Source: Telmatospirillum sp.
GTDB lineage: Bacteria; Pseudomonadota; Alphaproteobacteria; CACIAM-22H2
Direction of reading: 5' to 3'
Assembly (NCBI GenBank): GCA_020248985.1
Contig: JADCGL010000020.1
Span: 132,227 to 196,226 of the forward strand
DNA length: 64,000 bases
In this document: positions 48,564-59,486 of the stretch, in pieces
How positions within the stretch are numbered: position 1 is the stretch's first letter
Layout of the letters: every line of letters begins with the position of its first letter
Notes under the pieces: model-generated
Told to the model about the DNA's origin: nothing
The model's database searches: none
Seen by the model: the letters and a program-made list of their open reading frames with translations, nothing else
Position numbers and translations under genes: made by a program

Positions 48564-50050
48564 ACGCCTACACGCATCTCGAAGCGCGCTTCAAGCGCAT
48601 GAATCTGGTGCGCGACGCGATCGCGATGCTGGAATGGGATGCCGCCGCCATGATGCCGGACGGCGGCTCGGATGCGCGCGCCGACCAGCTTGCAGCCCTG
48701 AAGCTCGTCGTGCACGAGCAGGCGACGTCGCCGGCCCTCGCCGAATTTCTCGATGCGGCGGGCGAAGGGCAGGGGCTTGATGCGTGGCAGCGCTCGAATT
48801 TGCGCGAGATGAAGCGCAGCTTCGTGCACGCGACCGCTTTGCCCGCCGACCTTGTCGAAGCGCAGTCGCGCGCGGTCTCCACATGCGAGATGCGCTGGCG
48901 CACCGCGCGCAAGGAAAACGACTTCAAAGGCCTGCTGCCGGATCTGCAGCGTGTCCTCGATCTCGCGCGCGAAGAAGCGCAGATCAAGGCGCAGAAATTC
49001 GGCTGCAGCCTCTACGACGCGCTGCTCGACGCCTACGAGCCCGGCGGCAAGTCGGCTGCGATCGACGCGATCTTTGCCGATCTCGCGACGTTCCTGCCCG
49101 GTTTCATCGATGCGGCTTTGGAGCGCCAAGCGCGTAAGCCCGCCGCCATTCCGTTCGACGGGCCGTTCCCGGCTGCGACGCAAACCAAGCTTGCCGCCGA
49201 GTTGATGGCGGCCGTCGGTTTCGATTTTGCGCATGGCCGCCTCGATACGAGCCACCACCCGTTCTGCGGCGGCGTGCCGGACGATGTGCGCCTCACGACG
49301 CGTTGGGACGAGGCGGATTTCGCCAAGGGCCTGATGGGCGTCATGCACGAGACCGGGCATGCGATGTACGAGCGCGGCCTGCCGCTCAAATGGCGCCACC
49401 AGCCGGTCGGGTTCGCGCGCGGCATGAGCGTGCATGAGAGCCAATCGCTGCTGGTGGAGATGCAGGCCGCGCGCAGCGACGCGTTCTTGGCCTATCTCGC
49501 CCCCAAGGCAGCGGCGGCGTTCGGCAAGTCGGGCCCGGCCTGGACGGTCGAGAATTTCGCGCGCGTCTATCGCCGCGTGCAGCGCGGCCTCATCCGTGTG
49601 GATGCCGACGAGGCGACGTATCCCGCCCACGTGATCCTGCGCTACCGGCTCGAGCGCGCGATGATCGAGGGCCGTCTGGCGCTCCGCGATCTGCCGGGGG
49701 CGTGGAACGACGGCATGCGCGAGCTTGTGGGCACCGTCCCGCCCGACGATCGCGACGGCTGCCTGCAGGATATTCATTGGCCCGGCGGGGCCTGGGGCTA
49801 TTTCCCGACCTACACGCTGGGGGCGATGACGGCCGCCCAATTGTTCGACGCCGCCAAGCGTGCGGACCCGAACATCGTGCCGTCGATCGGCAAGGGCGAT
49901 TTCGCCCCGCTGATGGCGTGGCTGCGCAAGAACGTGCACGAACAAGGCTCGCATCTCGACACCGATGCGCTGCTGGTCAAGGCCACCGGCAAGACGCTGG
50001 ACGCCGAAATTTTCAAAGCGCACCTTAAGGCGCGCTATCTCGACGCCTGA
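48560..50050 (+). CDS. M32 family carboxypeptidase (Taq-type metallocarboxypeptidase)
   Basis: HETGHAMYE (HExxH), HPFCGG and the IHWPGGAWGYFPTY region. Its ATG overlaps the SURF1 stop as ATGA. Confidence 0.85.
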   Translation: MNAYTHLEARFKRMNLVRDAIAMLEWDAAAMMPDGGSDARADQLAALKLVVHEQATSPALAEFLDAAGEGQGLDAWQRSNLREMKRSFVHATALPADLVEAQSRAVSTCEMRWRTARKENDFKGLLPDLQRVLDLAREEAQIKAQKFGCSLYDALLDAYEPGGKSAAIDAIFADLATFLPGFIDAALERQARKPAAIPFDGPFPAATQTKLAAELMAAVGFDFAHGRLDTSHHPFCGGVPDDVRLTTRWDEADFAKGLMGVMHETGHAMYERGLPLKWRHQPVGFARGMSVHESQSLLVEMQAARSDAFLAYLAPKAAAAFGKSGPAWTVENFARVYRRVQRGLIRVDADEATYPAHVILRYRLERAMIEGRLALRDLPGAWNDGMRELVGTVPPDDRDGCLQDIHWPGGAWGYFPTYTLGAMTAAQLFDAAKRADPNIVPSIGKGDFAPLMAWLRKNVHEQGSHLDTDALLVKATGKTLDAEIFKAHLKARYLDA

Positions 50051-50082
50051 CGCGCGCCTTATCGACGGAGACGAACAAGCTC

Positions 50083-51480
50083 GTGCGCTACATTTCGACC
50101 CGCGGCCAAGCGCCCTCTCTTGCCTTCGACGACGTGCTGCTCGCCGGCCTCGCGCGCGACGGCGGGCTCTATGTGCCGGAAGCCTGGCCGCAATTTTCGC
50201 AAGCCCAATGGCGTGCTTTGCGCGACCGGCCCTATGCGGAGATCGCGGCCGCCGTGTTGCGCCCGTTCGTGGGCGGTACCATTGCGGATGCCGATCTTGA
50301 GCGCCTTGCGACCGAAACCTATGCAGGTTTCGGTCATCCGGCGGTTGCCCCGTTGAAGCAGCTCGGGCCGGGCCTGTGGACGATGGAATTGTTCCACGGG
50401 CCGACGCTGGCGTTCAAAGACTATGCGCTGCAGCTCGTCGGCCGCCTGTTCGACCATGTGCTGGCAGCCAAGGGTACGCGCGTGATGGTCGTCGGTGCGA
50501 CCTCGGGCGATACCGGGCCCGCCGGCATCGCCGCCTGCATGGACCGTGCGGCGGTCGATATCGTGATGCTGCATCCAAACGGGCGCACCTCGCCCGTGCA
50601 GCGCCGCCAGATGACGACCGTGCTGTCGGCCAATGTGCGCAACATCGCGCTCGAAGGCACGTTCGACGACTGCCAGGACGCGGTCAAAGCCCTGTTCAAC
50701 GACCTCGAATTCCGCGACCGCTACAATCTGTCGGCCGTCAATTCGATCAACTGGGCGCGCGTGGCTGCCCAGATCGTCTATTACGCGCATGCCGCCTTGT
50801 CGCTGGGTGCGCCCGACCGCACCGTCGATTTCTGCGTTCCGACAGGCAATTTCGGCAATGTGCTGGCGGCTTACGGCGCCAAGCGCATGGGTCTGCCCGT
50901 GGGCCGCATGATCGTCGCGACCAACCGCAACGACATCATGGCGCGCACGGTCGCCACGGGCCGCATGGCGCTCGAAGCCGTCGCCCCCACGGTGTCGCCG
51001 TCGATGGACGTGCAGATCTCGTCGAATTTCGAGCGGCTGATGTTCGAGCTCAATGCGCGCGACGGCGCCGCCACCGCCGCCATGATGGCGAAGTTCCGCG
51101 CCGACGGGCGGCTGGAATTCGCCCCTTCGCAGCATGCCGATCTCGCGGCCGAGTTCGATGCCGGCGCCTGCGACGAAGCGGCCACGCTTGCCGAAATCGG
51201 CGCAACCTACCGCACGACGGGCGAACTCATCGATCCGCACACGGCCGTTGCGCTGCACGTGGCGCGCAAAGCACGGCGGGGCAACAACCCGGTCGTGGTC
51301 GCATCGACGGCACACCCGGCGAAATTCCCCGATGCGGTCGAGCGTGCCACCGGCGTGCGCCCGGCTTTGCCGCCGCGTCTGGCCGATCTGTTCGACCGGC
51401 CCGAGCGCGTCGAAGTGCTGCCCAATGATCTGGCGCGCATCAAGCAGGTCGTCTCCGACCTTGCATCGAGGACAAAATGA
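50083..51480 (+). CDS. thrC: threonine synthase
   Basis: GTG start (MRYISTRGQAP). ELFHGPTLAFKDYALQ with the PLP lysine, ATSGDTGPA and PTGNFGNVLA. Confidence 0.92.
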   Translation: MRYISTRGQAPSLAFDDVLLAGLARDGGLYVPEAWPQFSQAQWRALRDRPYAEIAAAVLRPFVGGTIADADLERLATETYAGFGHPAVAPLKQLGPGLWTMELFHGPTLAFKDYALQLVGRLFDHVLAAKGTRVMVVGATSGDTGPAGIAACMDRAAVDIVMLHPNGRTSPVQRRQMTTVLSANVRNIALEGTFDDCQDAVKALFNDLEFRDRYNLSAVNSINWARVAAQIVYYAHAALSLGAPDRTVDFCVPTGNFGNVLAAYGAKRMGLPVGRMIVATNRNDIMARTVATGRMALEAVAPTVSPSMDVQISSNFERLMFELNARDGAATAAMMAKFRADGRLEFAPSQHADLAAEFDAGACDEAATLAEIGATYRTTGELIDPHTAVALHVARKARRGNNPVVVASTAHPAKFPDAVERATGVRPALPPRLADLFDRPERVEVLPNDLARIKQVVSDLASRTK

Positions 51481-52736
51481 GCGTGCGCGTCGAAAGTCTC
51501 GCCAATGGCCTGCGCGTGGCAAGCGACCGCATGGACCAGGTCGAAACCGTTTCGGTCGGCCTCTATGTGGGGGCGGGCACGCGCCACGAGCCGGCAGCAC
51601 TCAACGGTGTGGCGCACATGCTCGAGCATATGGCGTTCAAAGGGACCGCGCGCCGCGACGCCAAGGCGATCGCCGAAGAGATCGAAAATGTCGGCGGATT
51701 CATGAACGCGCATACGGGCCGCGAGCAAACTGCCTACTACATCAAATGTCTCAAGCAGGATTTCGACTTGGCGCTCGACATCCTTGCCGACATCTTCTTG
51801 AACTCGACCTACGACCCGGCCGAATTCGAGCGCGAGCGCGGCGTGATCCTGCAGGAGCTCGGCCAAGTCGAAGACACGCCCGACGACGTGATCTTCGACC
51901 GCTTCCAGGAAACGGCCTATGCGGGCCAAGCCCTCGGCCGACCCGTTTTGGGCACGGCCGACATCATCCGCAAATTGCCGCGCCAAGCCGCCCTCGATTG
52001 GCGTTCTTCGATTTATGCGCCGAGCAATGTCGTGCTGGCAGCGGCCGGCAATTTCGATCCCGCCCATCTTGCCAGCCGTGCGGATGCGCTGCTGGGCGGT
52101 TGGCGTGCCAACGGTGCAGCGCTCAACGAAGTCGCGCGCTACACGGGCGGCGAGTTCCGCGACGACAGCGATCTCGAGCAAGCGCATCTGGTGCTGGGTT
52201 TCCCAGGCGTGGGTTTCGCCGACCCCGATTATTGGGCCGTGCAAGTGCTGGCGACGATGCTGGGGGGCGGCATGTCGTCGCGTCTGTTCCAGGAAATCCG
52301 CGAAAAGCGCGGCCTGTGCTATTCGATCTCGGCGCACGCCGCCTCGTTCGCCGACGGCGGCATGTTCGATATCTACACAGGTACGGGCGAAACCGAGATG
52401 GCCGAGCTCATTCCGGCCCTCGCCGACCAATTGCGCGGTGCACGCGCCAAGGCAAGCGACGCCGAATTGCGCCGCGCGAAGGCGCAGATGCGCGCCGGAC
52501 TTTTGATGTCGCTCGAGAGTACCAATGCGCGCATGGATGCGCTCGGCGCCAATCTGCTGATTTTCGGGCGCGACATCACGCCCGAGGAAGTGACCGCGAA
52601 GGTCGAGGCCGTATCGCACGAGGATCTGATGCGCGTGGCCGCACGCATCTTTGCCGGCCGCCCGACCTTGGCGGCCTTGGGGCCGCTTGCCCATCTCGAA
52701 AGTCTCGAAAAAATCGCGGCTCGAATCGCCGCGTAA
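51477..52736 (+). CDS. M16 family metallopeptidase (pitrilysin/insulinase-like)
   Basis: Inverted zinc motif HMLEHMAFKGT. ATGA overlap with thrC. Confidence 0.88.
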   Translation: MSVRVESLANGLRVASDRMDQVETVSVGLYVGAGTRHEPAALNGVAHMLEHMAFKGTARRDAKAIAEEIENVGGFMNAHTGREQTAYYIKCLKQDFDLALDILADIFLNSTYDPAEFERERGVILQELGQVEDTPDDVIFDRFQETAYAGQALGRPVLGTADIIRKLPRQAALDWRSSIYAPSNVVLAAAGNFDPAHLASRADALLGGWRANGAALNEVARYTGGEFRDDSDLEQAHLVLGFPGVGFADPDYWAVQVLATMLGGGMSSRLFQEIREKRGLCYSISAHAASFADGGMFDIYTGTGETEMAELIPALADQLRGARAKASDAELRRAKAQMRAGLLMSLESTNARMDALGANLLIFGRDITPEEVTAKVEAVSHEDLMRVAARIFAGRPTLAALGPLAHLESLEKIAARIAA

Positions 52737-52741
52737 GCTTT

Positions 52742-53320
52742 CTAGGCGTGGCCGGCTTCGCCCGAGAGGCGGCTCAAATCGACGCCGAGCCGGCCGATAG
52801 CGCGCTGCCACAGCGTGTCGAGCCCCTGGTCGAACACAAGATCGGCGTCGGCCGGCACGGTGAGCCAGCCATTGCGCTGGATCTCGCCCTCGAGCTGGCC
52901 CGCCGACCAGCCCGCACAGCCGAGTGCAAGCAGCGAGCGCTGCGGCCCGTCGCCGATGGCGAGTGCCTTCAGAATGTCGATGGTCGCCGTCAGCGCAATG
53001 CCCGGCATCACGCGCATCGAGCCGTCATGCATGTAGTCGTCCGAATGCAGCACGAAACCGCGGCCCGACTCGACCGGCCCTCCGGAGCGCAGCAGGATTT
53101 GGCGCGTGCGCGGGCTGCTCGGGATTTCGAGCTGTTCGAGAAGGTCGGGGAAGCTCATCTGCTCGAACGGCCGGTTGATCACCAAGCCCATGGCGCCGTC
53201 GGGATTGTGCGCGCACATGTAGATGACCGAGCGCTCGAAGCGGGAATCGGACATTGAGGGCATCGCGACCAACAGATGCCCGGCGAAGAAGGTCGGAATC
53301 TCGATGCGTGTGCGTGCCAT
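52742..53320 (-). CDS. YqgE/AlgH family protein (UPF0301)
   Basis: Internal ATG 53320: MARTRIEIPTFFAGHLLVAMPSMSDSRFERSVIYMCAHNPDGAMGLVINRP. The tracked ORF continues upstream as an antisense artefact of dsbD. Confidence 0.8.
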   Translation of the reverse strand: MARTRIEIPTFFAGHLLVAMPSMSDSRFERSVIYMCAHNPDGAMGLVINRPFEQMSFPDLLEQLEIPSSPRTRQILLRSGGPVESGRGFVLHSDDYMHDGSMRVMPGIALTATIDILKALAIGDGPQRSLLALGCAGWSAGQLEGEIQRNGWLTVPADADLVFDQGLDTLWQRAIGRLGVDLSRLSGEAGHA

Positions 53321-53377
53321 ATCCAATATAGAATAGCACAGCTTCGGACGAATTTGCAGGCTTGCCGAGGAACCGAA

Positions 53378-55468
53378 TTGACGCGTTTCAGACTGTGGAT
53401 ATTGCTGGGGCTTTTGCTGCTCGCACACCCGGATGCGGCACGCGCGGCCGCGTCCGATTGGGTGCGCCATCCCGAGATTGCGATGCGTCTGGTCGCCGCC
53501 AATTCGGGTACGGGCACGCAAGGCGCCGTCGGCTTGGGTCTCGAGATGCAGCTGGCCCCCGGCTGGAAAACCTATTGGCGCTCGCCCGGCGATGCGGGCT
53601 TGCCGCCGACCGTCGATTGGGCGGGCTCGGACAATCTGGCAAACGCAACATTGCGTTTTCCCGTGCCCGAGCGTTTTACGCTGTTCGGGCTCGAAACCTA
53701 CGGCTACGGCGGCACGGTCATTCTGCCGATCGAAGCGGCGCTGCAAACGCCCGGCGAAGCGTTGCGCGTGCGCGCGGGCGTCGATGTGCTGGTGTGCGAG
53801 GTCGTGTGCATTCCCTATCGCGCCGAGCTTGCCCTCGACCTTGCCGCCGGGCTGGGCGTGCCGTCGGCGCAGGCGCATGATTTGGCGCGTTTTGCCTCTT
53901 CCGTCCCGCCGGTCGATGCGGCTGGTGGCGGCGTCAACGGACTTGCGATCGAAACGGCCGATCTGCGCGCCGGTCCGCCCGCGTCGCTGCTCGTGCAGGT
54001 GCGCGCCGAGCCGCCGCTGGCGGCCCCCGATATCTATGTCGAAGGTCCGCCGGGTTGGAGCTTTGCCAAACCCATCGTGCAATTTTCCGAGGGCGGCCGA
54101 CTTGCCACGATGATCGTGCCCGCAGCCGCCGGGCCGGGAGCCGAGAAACTCGGCGGCGGCAATGTGACCTTCACGCTGGTTGATCGCGGTCGCGCGGTCG
54201 AGCGCATGCTTGCGCTGGGCACGGCTCCGCCGGCCGCTTTGTCGGGCTCGCTGCTGGCGATGCTGGCGGTCGCGTTGCTGGGCGGCCTCGTGCTCAATCT
54301 GATGCCGTGCGTGCTGCCGGTCCTTGCCATGAAGCTTGCAGGGCTCGTGGCGCATGCGCAGCAAGACCGACGTGCGACGCGCCTCTCGTTCCTCGCGACG
54401 GCAGCCGGGATCGTGGTGGCGTTTGCGATCCTTGCGGCAAGTCTCGTGGGCCTCAAAGCGGCGGGCGAGGCGGTCGGCTGGGGGCTGCAATTCCAGCAGC
54501 CGTGGTTCCTGGCCGCGATGGCGCTGGTGCTCGTCGGTTTCGCCGCCAATCTCTGGGGCTGGTTCGATATCCCGCTGCCGGCCGCATTGGGGCGCGTCGG
54601 CGATCCCAAATTCGGCGGGTCGTTTGCGACCGGCCTGTTTGCAACGCTGCTCGCCACCCCCTGCTCGGCGCCCTTTGTCGGCACCGCCGTCGGGTTTGCG
54701 CTGGCGCAAGGGCCGGTCGAGATTTTTGCGATCTTCATCGCACTTGGCCTCGGGCTCGCGGCCCCTTATCTCGCCGTCGCGGCAGCACCAGGGCTTGCCC
54801 AGGTTTTGCCGCGCCCGGGGCGCTGGATGGGCGTGCTGCGCGCGGTACTGGGCCTTGCCCTCGTCGGCACGGCCGCGTGGCTTGCGAGCGTGTTGGCGGC
54901 CCAGCTCGGGCTTGCGGCGGCGCTGGCACTGGCTTTGGCCCTGGTCGGGCTTGCCCTCGGTCTGTTTCTGTTGCGCGCGCGCCGGCATGTGCGGCTGCGC
55001 GTGTGGCTCGCAAGCCTGTGCGTGTTTGTGGCCGTCGCGGTCCCGCCGCGCCTCGCCACTGCACCGGCCAGCGCCTTGGCCGCCGATCCTGCGATCGCGT
55101 GGGTCGCGTTCGACCGCACCGAGATCGACCGCGCGGTCGCTGCCGGGCGCGTGGTTTTCGTCGATGTGACGGCCGATTGGTGCGTCACCTGCCAGGTCAA
55201 CAAGCGCCTCGTGGTGTCGCGCCCGCCCGTCCTCGACCGGCTGCAGAGCGGCGGCGTGGTCGCGATGCGCGCCGACTGGACGCGGCCCGACGCGCGCATT
55301 TCGGCCTATTTGGCCAGTTTCGGACGCTACGGCATCCCGTTCAACGCGGTCTACGGACCCGGTGCGCCGGGCGGCATCGCACTGCCCGAATTGCTGAGTG
55401 CCGACGCCGTTCTCGCCGCCCTTGCCCAGGCCGCCGCCCCCGTTGCAATCTCGCGAGCACCCCTCTAA
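53378..55468 (+). CDS. dsbD: thiol:disulfide interchange protein DsbD (protein-disulfide reductase)
   Basis: TTG start, with GAGGAA 6 nt upstream. N-terminal periplasmic domain with VLVCEVVCIP. TM domain Cys pair (MPCVLP / TPCSAPFVG). C-terminal thioredoxin fold ADWCVTCQ. Confidence 0.85.
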   Translation: MTRFRLWILLGLLLLAHPDAARAAASDWVRHPEIAMRLVAANSGTGTQGAVGLGLEMQLAPGWKTYWRSPGDAGLPPTVDWAGSDNLANATLRFPVPERFTLFGLETYGYGGTVILPIEAALQTPGEALRVRAGVDVLVCEVVCIPYRAELALDLAAGLGVPSAQAHDLARFASSVPPVDAAGGGVNGLAIETADLRAGPPASLLVQVRAEPPLAAPDIYVEGPPGWSFAKPIVQFSEGGRLATMIVPAAAGPGAEKLGGGNVTFTLVDRGRAVERMLALGTAPPAALSGSLLAMLAVALLGGLVLNLMPCVLPVLAMKLAGLVAHAQQDRRATRLSFLATAAGIVVAFAILAASLVGLKAAGEAVGWGLQFQQPWFLAAMALVLVGFAANLWGWFDIPLPAALGRVGDPKFGGSFATGLFATLLATPCSAPFVGTAVGFALAQGPVEIFAIFIALGLGLAAPYLAVAAAPGLAQVLPRPGRWMGVLRAVLGLALVGTAAWLASVLAAQLGLAAALALALALVGLALGLFLLRARRHVRLRVWLASLCVFVAVAVPPRLATAPASALAADPAIAWVAFDRTEIDRAVAAGRVVFVDVTADWCVTCQVNKRLVVSRPPVLDRLQSGGVVAMRADWTRPDARISAYLASFGRYGIPFNAVYGPGAPGGIALPELLSADAVLAALAQAAAPVAISRAPL

Positions 55469-55528
55469 ATCCTTCTTCCGTACCCTTTCCCCGAAAGCCG
55501 CCCCCTTAGGGGGCGAAAGGACACTCCC

Positions 55529-56014
55529 ATGACGATCAAGGCAGGCGACAAGGTTCCGGCAGTGAAGCTGAAATCGATGACCAAGGACGGCATCAAGGAT
55601 TTCACGACCGACGACATCTTCAAGGGCAAGAAGGTTGCGATCTTCGGCCTGCCCGGCGCCTTCACGCCGACCTGCTCGGCCAAGCACCTGCCGGGCTTCG
55701 TCAACCACTACGACGCGCTGAAGGCCAAGGGCGTGGACACCGTCGCGTGCGTGTCGGTCAACGACGCGTTCGTGATGGACGCTTGGGGCAAGGCGCAGAA
55801 TGTCGGCGACAAGGTCATGATGCTGGCCGACGGCAACGCCGATTTCGCCAAAGCGCTCGGCATCGAGATGGACGGCACGGGCTTCGGCATGGGCCTGCGC
55901 ATGAAGCGCTTCTCGATGTACGTGGTGGACGGCGAAGTGAAGACCTTCAACCTCGAAAAGCCGGGCGCATTCGAAGTCTCGAACGTCGAGACGATGCTGA
56001 CGCAAGTCGGCTGA
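55529..56014 (+). CDS. peroxiredoxin (Prx5-like, AhpC/TSA superfamily)
   Basis: GLPGAFTPTCS peroxidatic Cys motif, 161 aa. Confidence 0.88.
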   Translation: MTIKAGDKVPAVKLKSMTKDGIKDFTTDDIFKGKKVAIFGLPGAFTPTCSAKHLPGFVNHYDALKAKGVDTVACVSVNDAFVMDAWGKAQNVGDKVMMLADGNADFAKALGIEMDGTGFGMGLRMKRFSMYVVDGEVKTFNLEKPGAFEVSNVETMLTQVG

Positions 56015-56039
56015 TCCGCCGACCTCTTTGTACCCCGAA

Positions 56040-56072
56040 CGCCGACCGTGCTCGACGCACGGTCGGCGTTTT
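56040..56072 (+). terminator. rho-independent terminator after the peroxiredoxin gene
   Basis: CGCCGACCGTGC-tcgac-GCACGGTCGGCG-TTTT. A perfect 12-bp stem followed by a U-tract. Confidence 0.7.
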
Positions 56073-56077
56073 CGTTT

Positions 56078-56542
56078 CTAGTTCCCGCGCGTGGCGGCGA
56101 TGGCACCGCGCGCGAGCGCGTCGGCGCGTTCGTTTTCGGCGTGGCCGGCATGGCCTTTTATCCATCGCCATTCGACGTCGTGCGGCTCGGCCGCCGCGAG
56201 CAAGGCCTGCCACAGATCGACGTTTTTGACCGGCTTCTTGTCGGCTGTTTTCCAACCGCTGCGCTTCCAGCCATGCACCCATTTGGTGATGCCGTCGCGC
56301 ACATAGACGCTGTCGGTCCACAGCCGCACGCGCGCGGGCCGTTTGAGCGCTTTGAGCGCTTCGATCGCGGCCATCAATTCCATGCGGTTGTTGGTGGTCG
56401 GGTTTTCGCCGCCCGACAATTCCTTTTCGATGCCGCGAAAGCGCAGCAACGCTCCCCAGCCGCCGGGGCCCGGATTGCCGCTGCACGCCCCATCGGTGAA
56501 AATCTCGACCGTACCGTCGGCCGCGTTGTCGCCTTCGCTCAC
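56078..56542 (-). CDS. rnhA: ribonuclease HI
   Basis: GTG start. [22 protein letters not shown]...[10 protein letters not shown]...LWTDSVYV...[18 protein letters not shown]. Confidence 0.92.
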   Translation of the reverse strand: MSEGDNAADGTVEIFTDGACSGNPGPGGWGALLRFRGIEKELSGGENPTTNNRMELMAAIEALKALKRPARVRLWTDSVYVRDGITKWVHGWKRSGWKTADKKPVKNVDLWQALLAAAEPHDVEWRWIKGHAGHAENERADALARGAIAATRGN

Positions 56543-57216
56543 TTGGGCTCCAGCAGGATTTCGGCTTCGACGTCGATGCGCACGCTGGTACGGCCGGGCT
56601 CGGCGACGGGTGCATGGGCCGCATCGGCCATTGCGACGGCGGCGCGCATGGCCAGACGCGGCTGCGGCACGGCGCCGCCGGTTTCGCCGATGCGGATCGT
56701 GCGGATTGCAGCCACGCGCCTGTCGAGGGCGGCCGCAACGCGGGCGGCGCGCGATTGCAGGCGTGCCAGCGCTTCTTCTGTCAGCGCGTCTTGGGCGGCG
56801 CGAGCCGCCTCGCGCGTGAGGTCGAAGCCCATGCCCGAAATCGCCAGACCGGTTTCCTGCAAGCCGCCGACGAGGGCGAGCAACGAAGCCGCATCGGACG
56901 AAATCAGATCAAGTGTGGCGACCGCACGCCAGCGCACGGGCCGGCCCTGCACGCGCTCTTCGTTGGCCCATGCCCCGCCGGTCTGGACCGCTACGCCGGC
57001 AACGGTTTTGGCGCGCGCGACCGCGGCTTCCATGCGCCGATTGGTTTCGGCTTGTGCGGCGGCGGCCGTCGCCGCACTCGCCTCTGCGCGCAGCGACACG
57101 GTGAGCCTGTCTTGCGTGAGTTCGCGTTCGGCCGACTCGCTCAAGGTCAGCACTGTCTGCGCGTCCGCCGCAGCGGCAAACGCAAAGAGCAGCAGGGCCG
57201 CAATCCGACATTTCAC
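56539..57216 (-). CDS. SIMPL domain (DUF541) periplasmic protein
   Basis: GTG start, with GGAGA 6 nt upstream. Signal peptide [23 protein letters not shown] overlaps at both ends, with thrB upstream and rnhA downstream. Confidence 0.6.
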   Translation of the reverse strand: MKCRIAALLLFAFAAAADAQTVLTLSESAERELTQDRLTVSLRAEASAATAAAAQAETNRRMEAAVARAKTVAGVAVQTGGAWANEERVQGRPVRWRAVATLDLISSDAASLLALVGGLQETGLAISGMGFDLTREAARAAQDALTEEALARLQSRAARVAAALDRRVAAIRTIRIGETGGAVPQPRLAMRAAVAMADAAHAPVAEPGRTSVRIDVEAEILLEPK

Positions 57217-58190
57217 GCGGTCTCTCCGTTTTCGATGCCGTAGGCGGCAAGATTGCCGGCCCCGGCATGGAAGCGCAGCTTGCGCGCATATTCGAGCGGG
57301 TCTTTGGGTTTGACGAAAGCGCCCGGCGGATGGTTGAGCCAATCGTAGAGGCGCGTGAGCAAAAACCGCAGTGCCGAGCCGCGCGCGAAAATCGGCAGGG
57401 CGGCAAGCTCCTCGGGCGAAAGCTTGCGCGCGCGCGCATAGCCCGCCACAAGGCGGCGCGCTTTGGTCGCGTTGAAAGCGCCGTCGGCTTCGAAGCACCA
57501 GGCATTAAGGCAAATCGCCAGATCGTAAGCGAGGAAATCGTTGCATGCGAAATAGAAGTCGATCATGCCCGAAAACGCGTCGTCGAGGAAAAACACGTTG
57601 TCGGGAAACAGATCGGCGTGGATCACGCCGAAGGGCAATTCCTTGGGCCAGCTGCGCTCGAGATGGTCGAGTTCGCGTGCCAGCGCGTCAGCGAGGCCCG
57701 TCTCGACCGTGTCGGCGCGGGGTCGGCACGCTTCGAACAGCGGCCGCCAGCCGGCGGGCCCGAGCGCGTTGGCGCGTTTGATCGCAAAATCTTGCCCGGC
57801 CAAGTGCAGGCGTGCCAGCGCTTCGCCCACGGGTGCGCAATGCGCGAGCGTCACGCGTCGCGGCCACACGCCGGCGAGGAAACTCACGATCGCGGCCGGC
57901 CTGCCGCACAATTCGCCGAGCACGGCGCCGTCGGTGCGGTGGATCGGCGTGGGGCAGGCAAGGCCCTTGGCGGCCAGATGGTCCATGAGACCGAGAAAAA
58001 ACGGCAGATCGCCAAGCTTCACGCGCTTTTCGTAGAGCGTAAGGATGTAGCGTCCCTGCGTCGTCTCGAGCAGAAAGTTCGAATTTTCCACGCCTTCGGC
58101 GATGCCGCGATAGCCCCGGAGTCCGCCGATAGCATAGTGACCCAGAAAGGCCGCCAGCGCATCGTCGTCCACTTCGGTATAGACAGCCAT
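57213..58190 (-). CDS. thrB: homoserine kinase, type II (APH-fold ThrB)
   Basis: 325 aa: [28 protein letters not shown] and [11 protein letters not shown], the aminoglycoside-phosphotransferase-like homoserine kinase of alphaproteobacteria. Confidence 0.85.
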   Translation of the reverse strand: MAVYTEVDDDALAAFLGHYAIGGLRGYRGIAEGVENSNFLLETTQGRYILTLYEKRVKLGDLPFFLGLMDHLAAKGLACPTPIHRTDGAVLGELCGRPAAIVSFLAGVWPRRVTLAHCAPVGEALARLHLAGQDFAIKRANALGPAGWRPLFEACRPRADTVETGLADALARELDHLERSWPKELPFGVIHADLFPDNVFFLDDAFSGMIDFYFACNDFLAYDLAICLNAWCFEADGAFNATKARRLVAGYARARKLSPEELAALPIFARGSALRFLLTRLYDWLNHPPGAFVKPKDPLEYARKLRFHAGAGNLAAYGIENGETA

Positions 58191-58200
58191 CTTGGCGCGC

Positions 58201-59148
58201 TCAATCTTCGAGGATGCGCGGCAGATTGAAATGCACGTCTTCGCGCGCCGTGACGACCTCTTCGATCGTCACGCTGTAGCGTTCCCGTGCTGCGGCCAGC
58301 GTTTCCTGCACGAGGATCTCAGGCGCCGACGCGCCCGCCGTGATGCCCATCCGCCGCAAGGGCCCGAGGGCTGCCCAGTCGATGTCGGCAGCGCGCTGGA
58401 CGAGATGCGCGTTGCGGCAGCCTGCTTTGCGCGCAACTTCGACCAACCGCATCGAGTTCGACGAGTTGGGCGAGCCCAGGACGAGCACCGCATCGGCATC
58501 GGCCGCCATCGCTTTGACCGCCGCCTGGCGGTTGGTGGTGGCGTAGCAGATATCGTCCGAGCGCGGCGGGCGGATCTGCGGATAGCGGCGCTGCAGGACC
58601 GATACGATCCCGGCCGTATCGTCGACCGACAAGGTCGTCTGGGTCGAGAAGGCAAGCTCGCGGTCGGTCGGCAGTTCGACGCGCTCGGCCTGTTCGACGT
58701 CTTCGACGAGCGTGATCGCCCCTTCCGGCAATTGGCCCAGCGTGCCGACCACTTCGGGATGGCCGTCATGCCCGATCAGCACGATATGGCGCCCGGCTTT
58801 GTAGTGATGTTCGGCAGCCGAATGTACTTTGCTCACGAGCGGGCAGGTGGCGTCGAGATAGAACATGGCGCGCCGCTCGGCCTCGGCGGGCACGGATTTC
58901 GGCACGCCGTGGGCCGAAAAGACGACCGGCCGGTCGCTGGGGACGGCGTCGAGCTCGTCCACGAACACGGCCCCCTTGGCCTCGAGCGCTTCGACCACGA
59001 AGCGGTTATGGACGATTTCGTGGCGCACGAAGACGGGTGCGCCGTATTTTTCGAGCGCGCGTTCGACGATCAGGATTGCCCGGTCCACGCCCGCGCAGAA
59101 TCCGCGCGGGGTAGCCAGCAGGACGGTCAGCGGCGCTTGTGCGGTCAT
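58201..59148 (-). CDS. ispH: 4-hydroxy-3-methylbut-2-enyl diphosphate reductase
   Basis: Internal ATG 59148 ([25 protein letters not shown]). Three conserved Cys (FCAG, ATCPLV, ICYAT) and HNxxV. Confidence 0.9.
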   Translation of the reverse strand: MTAQAPLTVLLATPRGFCAGVDRAILIVERALEKYGAPVFVRHEIVHNRFVVEALEAKGAVFVDELDAVPSDRPVVFSAHGVPKSVPAEAERRAMFYLDATCPLVSKVHSAAEHHYKAGRHIVLIGHDGHPEVVGTLGQLPEGAITLVEDVEQAERVELPTDRELAFSTQTTLSVDDTAGIVSVLQRRYPQIRPPRSDDICYATTNRQAAVKAMAADADAVLVLGSPNSSNSMRLVEVARKAGCRNAHLVQRAADIDWAALGPLRRMGITAGASAPEILVQETLAAARERYSVTIEEVVTAREDVHFNLPRILED

Positions 59149-59243
59149 GGCGGTTTCTCTAGTGTCGGGAAGATAGTTACACCGGAGTCGCGCGGCAGCG
59201 CCAGCCCCGGTTTCCGGCCCCCGAACCGACCAGGAAGACCGCA

Positions 59244-59486
59244 ATGACCGCTCCCAACGTCCCTCAGAAAGCGCCCTATCCGATCGACGTCGAAGCCGGC
59301 AAAGCCTATTGGTGGTGCAGCTGCGGGTTGTCGAAAAAGCAGCCTTTCTGCGACGGCAGCCATGCGGGCTCCGGCATGCAGCCGGTCAAGTTCGAAGCGA
59401 GCGAATCGAAGAAGCTCTTTTTCTGCGGCTGCAAAGCCAGCAAGAACCAGCCTTTCTGCGACGGCGCGCACAAAAACCTGCCGTGA
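59244..59486 (+). CDS. CDGSH iron-sulfur domain protein (two CDGSH motifs)
   Basis: [18 protein letters not shown] and [16 protein letters not shown]. Confidence 0.88.
   Translation: MTAPNVPQKAPYPIDVEAGKAYWWCSCGLSKKQPFCDGSHAGSGMQPVKFEASESKKLFFCGCKASKNQPFCDGAHKNLP

Noticed and set aside
55468-55529. Stem-loop CGCCCCC-tta-GGGGGCG after dsbD
   Set aside because: It is a perfect 7-bp GC stem but has no U-tract, and it lies 25 nt upstream of the peroxiredoxin start. It could be an mRNA structural element, not a confident terminator.
52742-56005. 1087-aa minus ORF
   Set aside because: Only the terminal 192 codons (the yqgE/algH gene, 52742..53320) are real. The remainder is antisense to dsbD and the peroxiredoxin gene.
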